From positions 3,221,826-3,285,825 of the forward strand of contig BDGG01000002.1 of assembly GCA_001949185.1 (NCBI GenBank): a DNA stretch of 64,000 nt, given 5' to 3'. Positions 24,597 through 35,128 of this stretch are shown here, piece by piece. Every line of letters begins with the position of its first letter. Position 1 is the first letter of the stretch. The position numbers and the translations under genes were made by a program. A model generated the notes under the pieces. That model saw nothing but the letters and a program-made list of their open reading frames with translations, had not been told where the DNA came from and ran no database searches. The stretch comes from Ramazzottius varieornatus (taxonomy: Eukaryota; Animalia; Tardigrada).

Positions 24597-27500
24597 TTAT
24601 GCGATACGGTGCATCTGTTGCACGGCTTCCACCTGACCGGCTCTTCGATACTACGAGGAAGAATACACTGTAGTACTCTCAAATTAAAGCGCACTCAACC
24701 ACGTGATGAGTCATTACTGCCCCGTACGATCAAATGTTATGAGTTACGCCTGCATCACTTCACCCGGGTATTATTTACTATTCAGGTGGCTGAGTGCGCT
24801 TTACATTGGGAGCGCTACATTATCATGATTACGTGCGAGGTTGTTACAAATGATAGATACATATGAAACAATGTTTCACGTGACTCTTTGTCGCTCGGTT
24901 CGACCAGGTTTCACACTTGTCTCCTCCTGTGACCGCTTACCTTTGTTATCTTGGTAAAATTGTCGTTGTAAACAAAGTCGACCGAAAACTTGTGACCATC
25001 GGTCGTCTCAAAGGACGACTGCAATGTTCGGCAAAGTTCATCCCATCGGTAAATGCTCTGAAAGAATAACACAAAATCATGTTTCTGTACGAGACGTGCA
25101 ATTCCACTTCAACCCTCGATCAGTGAGGGTAAGATCTGCACCGTGGCACCCTTATCTGTCGTCCTACTGTGATACCTGGAAAGTCGAAACAACCCTTCAC
25201 AGTCACATCCTGCACCACTGGGCAAAAACCGAATTTGAGTTTTAATGGATACGTGTTTCCCAATTTTGTAGCATGTTACCTCATCAGCAGTTACAAAAAG
25301 TCCCTGGGGTGCGAAAACTTCAAAACCGTTTCTGCAAAAATCGTTTCAATAATCAATACTCCGGAAGCTAGGCTGCAGAAACCAATCTGCTGACAACACG
25401 TAGTGAGACCCCTGCTTATACCAGGCTTTCCTGTGCGGCAGTGCTCTACCTGCATAGTTTGACACTAGCGGGCTACACTAGTTCTGGATATCCGATTTAC
25501 GATGCGGGATGTACCGGAGAATGGTCACATAAAGAACTGAACGGTATTACGCCGTGCTTTTACAAGACCGGCTTGTGCAGTACCGCGGAACAACACCCTT
25601 CCCAGTCCAGTTGAGTTCTTGGTCCCTCCTCAAAAGTTCTCTACTCATGGGCCATGAAGCTGGCACAAACCGAGCTTTTAATCCAAGACAAACCTGCTAT
25701 CGTGAAATCTGCCTTTTTTCTGGTGAACCAGCGATCCGGCTAGGCTGTTCTCCAGCTATGTTACCGTAACTGTGACTGTTCTTTTTGTTTTCAGTAGTAA
25801 ATTTTGATAATTTCTCGTTTATGCATGTTTATCAAAATTCACCTCGTGTTTCCAGAATTCTGACATTACAATGTGCAGATTAATCGAACTCGACAGTGCA
25901 CGATGTGGCCTTATTTGAAGCGAGTGTCTTACCCTCACGGTGATATCGCCTTGAAAAGGATCCGGAGTCGCCTGCCACTCATCCATAACAAACCGTCGAG
26001 CGACAGACCGCTGAGCTGCCGGGGTGACGATAATCTGCACGAACTCCGCGCCATCTCGTACGAGGACGATGTGCGATATCGTGGGTCCTAGCTGATCTGC
26101 CACAGCTTTAGGGTATCCTGGGGAGACATACAGTCCGTTCAAGCCAAGTTTTGTAAAACAGTACCGTTTCCTTTATAACTACATCCAAGATGTCAAATCT
26201 GTCTACAGACGATACAGCATTCAATTCTGATTCCGAAAATTCAGATTCAGGAAACACACTTTTGTTCTTGAAAAGACCTTCTCAAAAATTTCACCGTGCC
26301 AGAAGAAATCCTGATGAGCAAAAACGTGGTCGGACCCGTTTTGGGCGCTTGTCAAAACGTTATAGACAACAAGTGCTGAACAAACATCGAAAAACCTCCA
26401 TCGGTTGAGAAGTTTGGGGAATATACTTTTCAGGGAGAACTTTCTCGAACCAGGCCATACTCCAATATGAAATCTAAAATTATGTTGAACGATAGCTACA
26501 CTGAGCCCCATAAGTGACCGATCACCCCACATCTTAGCAAACAATTCGCATTTTCACTCTCATGCATCCGATTTGGTTGTTTTTGGTACAGTTACACAGA
26601 CCGATGTTTCTTCTCTCGGATCACGTGACTTTGTTCCAGATCAATCAACAAATTAACTGGTGATGGTTCACCGAAAAACCTGCATACCTGGCCTGGCTTT
26701 GGCGTCGTCTCATGGCGTCTTTGACATCATTGTTCCAAAATCCTTACTGACAGAAGAAGCAGCAACCATCGCGCTCTCGAACGAGCCTACGTAGAAATTT
26801 TTCGGTGGTCAGGAAAGTAGCTTGCGCGCATAGACCCACCGGGAAGTATTTGCGAAAAAATCATGTCACGCCGAACTTAGATGATCATAGCTCTATTTCT
26901 GACAAGATGGTCCATAATAATCGATTTTGGCTTCCTTGTGGAAGGTAACAGGTATTTGAAATCGATTTTAAGCGAGCAAAACATAGACAAGCGACTTGCC
27001 ATGATCAGACCTTCCGATCACCGCAGATACTACCACGTTGTTCTTTTCGCGCGAGTTTTCTGTTTGACCACCGAAAAATTCCCACGTAGGCTCGTTCGAG
27101 AGCGCGATGGTTGCTGCTTTTTGCGGCTGTAAGGATTTTGGAACAGTGATGTCAAAGACGCCATGACACGACGCCAAGGCCAAGCCAGGTATCCAGGTTC
27201 TTCGGTGAACCATCACCAGTTAATTTGTTGATTGATCTTGAATCTTGAATGGCAGTTTCCGAAAAGGCAGAATTAATATCTTTGATTACTGCGAAAAAAA
27301 ACAAACAGCGGTTTTGAAAATCTGCTCTGCCATGACACCTTAAAACTTTTCTGTGTTTTGCCTGAAAAGAGCAGATTAGAGAAGTTGCACCTTGAGCAGA
27401 TGGTTTGAACAAACGAGAACTGAGTAATTTTGAAAATTAAAGTTTATAAAAGCATTCACTAGAAGCTTTGAGAAGTTGCACAACGCGGGCTAGTTTGAAG

Positions 27501-28495
27501 AAAAACGGTGGGACAAACGACCGCTGCTGGTCATGGTGGTTTGTTCGGCAGTAATTAGCCCACCAAGTTAAAAAATAGCCGGCCCAAATGCAAATCTGAT
27601 TGACTGATTGTTCGGAGTGGAGGTCCTGTGTTGCCCGGGCACCGACTACGCTTCCCAGTGCTTCGGGCCAGCCAGGGCATTACTGACGGCAATTCGTTCG
27701 TGTTTGAAATCTACGGGTGATCTTCTTCGTGATTCACGAACGAAGCTCCCCTTCGTTTCGTGAATCGCGAGGCGAATTACAAATCTTGAATATTTAAACT
27801 TTTCTAAATCCAGTCGTTTTGTCCAAACTGTCGTTTGTTCAAACCATCTGTTCAAAGTGCAACTTCTCTATGCTTCAGCACGGACATCTGCGGATTTTGA
27901 GTTAGATGACCTGTAGATCTTAATCTATCTTCCATACGACGGTTTATGACAGATGTTTTGGGTCCGTAAATGGATTAAGGTTGAGATTTTGTGTCGAGTC
28001 AGGTTTCGGTGCTTCGACATTTGAGAAACTGCATGACGAAGTGAAAAATGAATAGCCAGAAGTTAAAAATAACCAGAAGTTTTTGAAATCGAGTAAAAAA
28101 TGTGAGCCAGGCTCTGATATGCGCAGGTTCATCTTGGTTTCAACCGTATCATCGCAATAAATATTTCAAGTACGTACACATTGACTGATCGGACGATTAG
28201 ACATATTCGCAAACCTGCTTCGACGAGGTAGTCAGCGGCTTTCTCATCAATACGGTCTTCCACAAATACGCCCAACCATCTCGGTTCTGGCATTATGTAC
28301 GTGATTTCCTGGAAAAAAAGCCCACACAGAGGGGTCGTTTTCCGATTCGGATACGAAGTACCTACAGAAATGTGGAGAAGGGAGAACTAATTTTTCTTTA
28401 ACCAAAGCTAGACCAGCTGAAGCCAGACTACCGAAGACATGGCCAGAGGCATCCCAAGTGAAAAGAAGCAGAGCAATACACAATGCGAAATGCGT
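24597..28495 (-). CDS. Secreted FABP-fold protein, SAHS-like; 5 exons (28495-28432, 28361-28215, 26117-25933, 25057-24941, 24650-24597)
   Basis: Phase-consistent GT-AG splicing gives (M)HFALCIALLLFTWDASG-HVFGTSYPNRKTTPLCGLFFQEITYIMPEPRWLGVFVEDRIDEKAADYLVEAGYPKAVADQLGPTISHIVLVRDGAEFVQIIVTPAAQRSVARRFVMDEWQATPDPFQGDITVRSIYRWDELCRTLQSSFETTDGHKFSVDFVYNDNFTKITKYRRAGQVEAVQQMHRIA*. The start codon position reads ACG. Confidence 0.75.
25622..25745 (+). repeat. Dispersed repeat, second copy at 54447-54662
   Basis: GGCCATGAAG(C/T)TGG..AACCGAGCTTTTA..AACCTG(C/G)TATCGTGAAATC..TTTTTTCTGG(T/C)GAACCAG is shared by both loci. Confidence 0.75.
26638..27238. mobile_element. Foldback/MITE with about 175-bp inverted repeats, inside intron 2 of the SAHS-like gene
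   Basis: 26638-26811 is a close reverse complement of 27066-27238 (AGATCAATCAACAAATTAACTGGTGATGGTTCACCGAA..). Confidence 0.85.
27377..27870. mobile_element. MITE with about 40-bp TIRs
   Basis: TAGAGAAGTTGCACCTTGAGCAGATGGTTTGAACAAACGA vs TCGTTTGTTCAAACCATCTGTTCAAAGTGCAACTTCTCTA, with a partial internal copy at about 27470. Confidence 0.75.
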
Positions 28496-29019
28496 GGTTT
28501 TGCCTCAGGCTAAATTATTGCTGCAAGTTTCGCCACAGGCGCTTCCCCCTGTTCGAAAAATTTTGTGCGGATATCTTGCAACCAGCTTCATGTAGGGAAC
28601 TGCAACGCACTTCCGCTTCAACCGGTAACTTTACAATCTGTTGTTCTGGTTCTCGATGGCGTCAGGCTACCCATAAATCGCCCCTTCCGCTACCGTTGCC
28701 TCTAACCGGGAAGTATCCATACGTAACCCATCTCGGAATGGGTTGACACGAGCCGCAGGGATCCGGTCTTGACCGGGGTCTCTGTCTTTGCCAGTCCACA
28801 TTAGCCTTAAGTATGATCTGTGTCTGTTATGATTTTGAAACGACTAAGCTGAAGTGTTCAAGAATTTTGTCTGTTGAGTTCCTGAAACCACTCCCCGTTC
28901 TTCCGAATTTGTCTCCGGTACACAGATTCATGCGAAGCTACAACAGTGTTCCCTGATATCTGTTCTGTTCCGGCGACTGGTTTGGTCTTTCGACTTTCCT
29001 GCCGTTTCCCGCTGCAGCT

Positions 29020-30146
29020 ATGAATATCAAAGCGTTATGTCATGTCAATAAGCTTCTGATTCCGCTGAAAGTCCTGATGGTGCTGGTTCATGGGGGTCAG
29101 TCTGGACCACGTGGTCTAGTAGCTCAACTTTGCAAGCACGTAAACCTATCACCATTCCTTTGCCCAACCAGTCAATTTCGATAGGTATCGCGGCTACCAG
29201 CGCAAAGTTTAGCCAAAAGTGTTGGTGTCCTCTTTTACGACCGACGAGTCACCAGCCTGGTGCTGGCCGTGTTCGTCTCCGGATTTGGCTTCGGATTTCT
29301 TACTGCGAAAGTTATTAAAGTACAGCCGATATGCCACAAGTTGGTTCAAAATAATCTTCTCGCAGGTTTCTTCTGTGGTTTATGGAGGAAGAGCTGCATT
29401 CGACGAAGCTGATGATGGGTCTCACTCAAACCATCGTAGGGCTAAGCGGTGTCCTGGGGATGTTCTCCGCAGGCTGGATAATTCCCCGAGTGGGATACAC
29501 GTCTGTTTTTGCGTCTGACATCTTGTTGTATTCACCGCGATTCCTGGCGCTGTCTTTCATTCCTGCTGGACAAGACTGTTATGTTGAGCTCCTGCAAATA
29601 CTCGATGGGATTTCCCATGCTTTGGTATACAGGGGAACCTTTTTGTGCTGGTTGACTACGCATCATTTGCTTTCTCCTGTAGGTAATGGTTGCCGCTTCC
29701 GATTATGCCGGTAAATTGTCACCGAAGTATCTAGCCTCATTGCAAGGCATCACCTGCGCTGCCCATTACTGTATCGGTAAAGTTATCAATTTTATACTAT
29801 TGATACATGGCCGTCCACGTCCACATCCCTGCCGCCAATGAAATCCGCGTTTGTAGGGAAAGGCGGTGGCAGCCTTATCGGCGGATTACTCTACAACAAG
29901 TTCGGGCCGCGGTTGAGATTTCAGGATCTACTCGATGATTTAAGCTTCTGCCCCACAAAATTGCTCTCTGCTCTGACTCTCTTGCCGTTTGTGGTTTACA
30001 GATACGCTTCCTGTTTATGCTTTACGCGGAATCCCAATATTTTCTTGTGGCAAGAGGTCACCGGCGCACGGAAAAGGAATTTAAAGCTCGCAGAAGCGAC
30101 GTCCCCGCCAACGAAGCTTTGCTACACGGACAGGCAGCCCAAATAA
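29020..30146 (+). pseudogene. MFSD6-like MFS transporter, apparently missing most of the N-terminal half
   Basis: First exon MNIKALCHVNKLLIPLKVLMVLVHG resembles an MFSD6 N-terminus. It is followed directly by VLAVFVSGFGFGFL, FLLWFMEEELHSTKLMMGL, RFLALSFIP, ELLQILDGISHAL, LASLQGI, GKGGGSLIGGLLYNKFG (C-terminal half). Confidence 0.65.
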
Positions 30147-31569
30147 GCTTATTTGACTGGTTTCGCGGCTTAATGTCGCAGCTTTTTACAATAGAGAGTT
30201 AGGTACGGTACTTTCACTCGTGATCATATTATAGTGGCATGCTCCTCAGTTTTTTCAGCTAGATTCCGTCTACATGATGAATTATTGTTTCCAGTCATTT
30301 ATCAAGCGTCTTTCGGTACTGTTCGGCTAACTCTGACGTTTTCTTTATATGGTAGTCCAGGATGGAAAACGGTTTGTTGATCTCTTTTACGCATTCATGG
30401 GGACGTGACAGTAGCCGCTTTGTCTTGGATGGTTTTGCAGCTGGTGGAGGTCGTGCAAACCGGGCGTGAGCGACAGGTTGCTCTGCCGCGCTAAGTGTTG
30501 CCTTCGCAGCATCGCTAATTCCTTTGCAGTCTTCGTTCGTATTACAGCCCTTCGGAAAAATTCACGCCAGTAAGTTACGTCCTGTTTGCACTCAAAACAG
30601 GACGTAAAACGGTAAAAGGAGAGTACAAAAAACTTCATGTGCAGAGCACGTACCCAGACTATAGGGTGCTTTGGCTCGATATCGACTATGCATCGGCGAA
30701 CTCACCAGTGCAGAACTAGAAAAAAAATGAACGTTCGAAGGTTCACAGGGAACCCGTGGCTGGATAGCTCGATCGTTCGCTTACCAGACCGGGATCCTCA
30801 CACATATGCATCGAGGTGGAAAAGCACGGTTGGTCCTTCCCCGCCTCTACAAAAGTAAGGTAGAGCAAACCCCTACACCACACGCTTTAGAATTTTTAAT
30901 CCAGGAGAAAAAGAGGCTTATGGGCTTGCCCAGAACTCCTTGCGCAAGCAGTGCGCAGAAGGCGATTATACAAGTCGCTGCATGCCGAGGCCAAGCTCGA
31001 GTTCTCTCGCGATTCACTGTTGAGGCATACAAAACGATAAAAATGATCATATCTTGAAGGGTACGAGATTCTCATCGAGGTGTTAATATTGGCCTTTCGC
31101 GTTTAGAGGTATTTCGCTGGTAAAACATGACAATGAAACATTAATTAAATTACTGTAAACATTATCATAGCTATTGGGCTAAGCTTTGGTACCAACACCC
31201 TAGGATACGTTTCATTGTGCATCGAGGAAAAGTCTTTCGGGTAATCTTCCCGAGCAATTTTGAGAGGCTTGCTTGTTTCAGTCGCTGTGCCGAACTACGT
31301 CATCCAACCAGTTAAGGGTACTGTTAGATCACTTGAACAATAGTCTTGATGACGTTTTGGAACCTGGCCGGCAGCGTTGTTCGATTTTGCCTCACAGACC
31401 TTCTTGGAGGCACATAAATTACGGCCAGACTTCTTCGCGCTGAGCTGAAAAATCGTTGAGCGAGATTTTGGCACCGTGAACAGAGCTCTCAGATGTTAAA
31501 TTGGATGCTTCATCGTTTAAGAATAAGTAGGAAGTTGGGTAAAGTAGTCCGAAAGAATTGAAACTACGG

Positions 31570-31688
31570 TAATGCTTCATGAACTAAGTGAGTCATCATA
31601 CGCGCGAAACATCCCTTAGGGGATTGGTAGGGCAAAATTTCAACTGTACGCGTATGATGACTCACTTCGCCAAGTTCATGAAGCATTA
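31570..31688. repeat. Short hairpin/MITE-like inverted repeat
   Basis: TAATGCTTCATGAACT-AAGTGAGTCATCATACGCG is inverted as CGCGTATGATGACTCACTT..AGTTCATGAAGCATTA. Confidence 0.75.
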
Positions 31689-31857
31689 CAGTATTTTCCA
31701 AGACACCGCCAACGTAGATGAGACAGACTGTAGTACAGTTCTGACAGGCGTAAAGTAGCTATCATTACGGAAAGGAAGTTGCAAAGTCCAACAAAGTTGG
31801 TACAGAAAAGGAGCGGGCATGTTTATTACAAGAAAGGGCTGGGTTGCGGCGCGAAGG

Positions 31858-32190
31858 TCATGGTGGTGGTCCGTTGGACAGTAAACGACGCAGCAAGAAT
31901 TCTCGAAGGGGGAGAGTTGGGCCGCTGAGGGTACCTCTTGTTCCTTTCCGGGAGAACAGAACATACTGGCGGGACTGACCGAGTCTCGCTGCTGCCAAGT
32001 CGGCCACTTTAGTTGGTAGCAGTTTGTTCCCCTGCCATGTCGGCATATCGTGGATGACCAGAAACCTCTTTTGAAGGCGGCGTGCCGCCGGCGGTGCTGA
32101 CCTACCGTCTCCGGATCCGTCGTCTGGTAAGGAAGCATCAAGAAAACTCATAACGGCACAGAGAAAAAGGACGTAAAAAGCAAGCTTCAT
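31858..32190 (-). CDS. Small secreted peptide precursor (signal peptide, pro-region, RLQKR site)
   Basis: MKLAFYVLFLCAVMSFLDA signal, acidic spacer, then RRLQKR/FLVIHDMPTW... A splice acceptor ttttacag lies just before the ATG. Confidence 0.7.
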   Translation of the reverse strand: MKLAFYVLFLCAVMSFLDASLPDDGSGDGRSAPPAARRLQKRFLVIHDMPTWQGNKLLPTKVADLAAARLGQSRQYVLFSRKGTRGTLSGPTLPLREFLLRRLLSNGPPP

Positions 32191-32631
32191 CCTGTAAAAG
32201 ATACGTTACAACAAAAAGTTTGATACCGGGAAAAATATTGTAAGAACCGAAATGTTTTATGGAATGATTTATCTGCAGTGGCCTGTTTTTATAGCACAAC
32301 GGGACTTTGTGACCTTTTCTTGCGGCGATGTTGTCGTCATTTACCTTCACATGAACTTTAATTGCGGGAAGTTATTGGGTGGATAGGAAGTATGAATATT
32401 GTAACACGAGACGAAGTGAGGGTACAGACCCATCACAAATTACCGCAATTCAAATTGGCATTTGAGTTAACAACGTTTCCACAGACTTTGCCAGTTTCGA
32501 TGGTGCTTAGATAATTGAAGCACGATGCCAGACGAGATCGTTACTGACATCGATCGAAGCGTTTCTCCCACGGAAAAGCGTAAGATCTTTAACCATGCAA
32601 ACATTTCTATCGTAGCTAATTGGGTACCTTA

Positions 32632-33385
32632 CAGTCACTGTCACTGGTCATGGCCACCCCATAGTTTTCCTTCGCTCCATCATATCTTTCGATCCCATTG
32701 TCCGATTCCCGATCTTCAAAGAGCACTATGCTCGAGACTCTTTGGAATTTCTGATCACGTGACAGACCGGTCCCCTTTTTAACCAATCAACCCTTAAGCG
32801 CTGCTGGTTCGGACCAGGAAATAAGAATGATTTTTGGCTCTCGCTCCCACGCCCCGGACAGGTCGANNNNNNNNNNNNNNNNNNNNNNNNNNNNNNNNNN
32901 NNNNNNNNNNNNNNNNAAACTGTGCTTGTCCAGGAGAGGCATCTCGTCGAATTTGTACAGATCAATTTTGTCCACAGAGGATGATCTCGACGAAAGATAC
33001 ACGTGGCGGAACGATTTTGTCCATAAGATATGTGGCAAAACGAGCTTCAGTCCACATGCATAAAAATTTTGTGAGAAATTTTTAGTGGAAATTCCTCTTA
33101 GTGAAGTTGACAGAGGAATGTTTCTGTTACATCCTAGCCGTTTCGGCTTTTCCATCGACCTGTCACGGGATGTGAGAGCGAGAGCCAAAAATCATCCTTA
33201 TTGCCTGGTCCGAACCAGCAGCGCTTAAGGGTTGATTGGTTAAAAAGGGGACCGGTCTGTCACGTGATCAGAAATTCCAAAGAGTCTCGAGCATAGTGCT
33301 CTTTGAAGATCGGGATTCGGACAACGGAAAGATATGATGGAACGAAGGAAAACTATGGGGTGGCCATGACCAATGACAGTGACTG
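32632..33385. mobile_element. Tc1-like non-autonomous element with about 235-bp TIRs, TA-flanked; spans an assembly gap
   Basis: TA|CAGTCACTGTCACTGGTCATGGCCACCCC ... GGGGTGGCCATGACCAATGACAGTGACTG|TA; arms 32632-32866 and about 33155-33385. Confidence 0.85.
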
Positions 33386-33831
33386 TAAAATGCGAGATCG
33401 CCGCAGGATTTTGCAGCTTTATGCCGCTCCCTTTGGTCGACACTCAACGCACAGCCTGTGTCAGCGATTCTGCTGTGCTTGAAATTTCGTGACGGTTCAC
33501 GGCTCAGGGTTCATAATGATATTCGGTTCATTGATTTGCGCACAAATCGTTGATGCTGTCCGAAATAAACTTAATGGCATTAAGTATTGTGTACGTTGTC
33601 CATTTTGGGTTTCATAACATCCGTTTTCGGGCTATTTTAGCAGAATTCAGCTGATTAAATTTCACTAATTTTCCGGTAGATTATTCGTACGCGTGGTAGC
33701 TTTCTTGCTCGCCATGGATCTGCATCTTCATTGCGCAGGACTACAGTACAACAGATCTGAACAGAACCCCGTGTCAATGAAACAGTGTTCCGAAAAATAC
33801 TGTACGCAAAAAGGTAGTTATCTGGAAGTGC

Positions 33832-34239
33832 TCATTGCAAAAGCGCGTATCCTGGTTTCCACGAACTGGGGTCGTAGTATCTTGCGAGGAAGGATCCCTT
33901 CGAGGATGGGAAAGGTATTGCTCTTGGCACAACGACGGCTTGGTCTTGCCCGCTTTCTTCCGCAATGCTGTCGTTTTCGGCTTCGGCGTTGGGGAGTGCA
34001 GTTAGAGCAGCAAAGGTGGTTCTTGGGATCATTCTGTCCTTCAGCTTCAATAAGGGAGGCCATTTCGAAAGTCCTAGTCCAATCAAGTAGCGCTTGTGCC
34101 CGTGCTGGTGGCGCCCATTCTCAGTGATATCCGTGCTCATCAGACGATCCGTAGTTGAACTAGCTTCTCTGAGATCAATCGCTGTTGACAGTACAAACGT
34201 CAGCAGGACAAAATGTAACTTGATGAGAAAAACCGCCAT
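33832..34239 (-). CDS. Small secreted peptide precursor (signal peptide, pro-region, KR site)
   Basis: MAVFLIKLHFVLLTFVLSTA signal, then HGHKR/YLIGLGLSKWPPLLKLKDRMIPR and an acidic spacer. An acceptor tctttcag lies 2 nt before the ATG. Confidence 0.7.
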   Translation of the reverse strand: MAVFLIKLHFVLLTFVLSTAIDLREASSTTDRLMSTDITENGRHQHGHKRYLIGLGLSKWPPLLKLKDRMIPRTTFAALTALPNAEAENDSIAEESGQDQAVVVPRAIPFPSSKGSFLARYYDPSSWKPGYALLQ

Positions 34240-35128
34240 TACTGAAAGACGCAGCCCTCTTAAACGCAGGGTGGCTAGTCTCAACCTGACCAGAATCTGT
34301 AAACGACTTTGTGGAAGACATCATTCTTCCATTTTATAGGAAACTGAAGGTATTTCCTACAAGGGATGTTTTGGATTTCCTGAGTCTGCGAATACGCCTG
34401 TACAGTTCTATAAGGCTCTGGTCAAAAGAATCAACGGAACGCACCCCGGGCTGACCAGACCTGACGACACGAGCACAATCAAAGCCCTTTCCGCCGAAAT
34501 AAACGAATCAAGGTTAATACAGTAGGTTCCTCGGGGCAAAAGTAACGAGAAGCTTCTCGACCAAAACCACAAAAATGCTATTACGGACGTACAGTACGCC
34601 ATCCAAATAGCCTTTGTCCTTATCATTGTGCTTGTCGGTACCGAGTGACGACGATGGAGAACCATCGACGCGATATTCCGACGCAACGGGGATTTCGCAG
34701 CAAAACTACGGTACCCTGACATGACTGCTGGATCGCAACTAGCTTTGCGGGGAAGACGTCGGCATTCGAGGATGGGCAGAAGAGATTCTTTGGTCAGCAT
34801 CATACGGGTTCTTCGCATATACTGTAGTAGACACCTTTATTCTACATAATATGTGCGTGCTCGTACACGACGTACAACGACAAAATCATACCAAACGTGA
34901 AACCTTCAGCCCTTTTGATTGACTTGTATTAATCCAGAGAAGTTTCCCACGAAAAATGTAAAAGGAAGGCATGTTCGCGGTATTCCTCGACTAATTGCGA
35001 CTAAAAAACAAATGCACACTAACCAACAAGAGAGTCCCGTAAAAACTGTTTTGTACAAAAAGCCGCGTATTCTCTATCGCAAGAAAAAACAACGGAGGAA
35101 AAACAGACGAGGAGAAAACCCAAGTAAA

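Noticed and set aside
30387-31460. Possible minus-strand exons or a third peptide precursor (MKFFVLSF..)
   Set aside because: There is no true hydrophobic signal core or KR site, and the MKFF segment looks intronic.
34070-34095. KR-YLIGLG resembling allatostatin A (YxFGL-amide)
   Set aside because: It lacks Phe and the basic cleavage site after Gly, and occurs once only.
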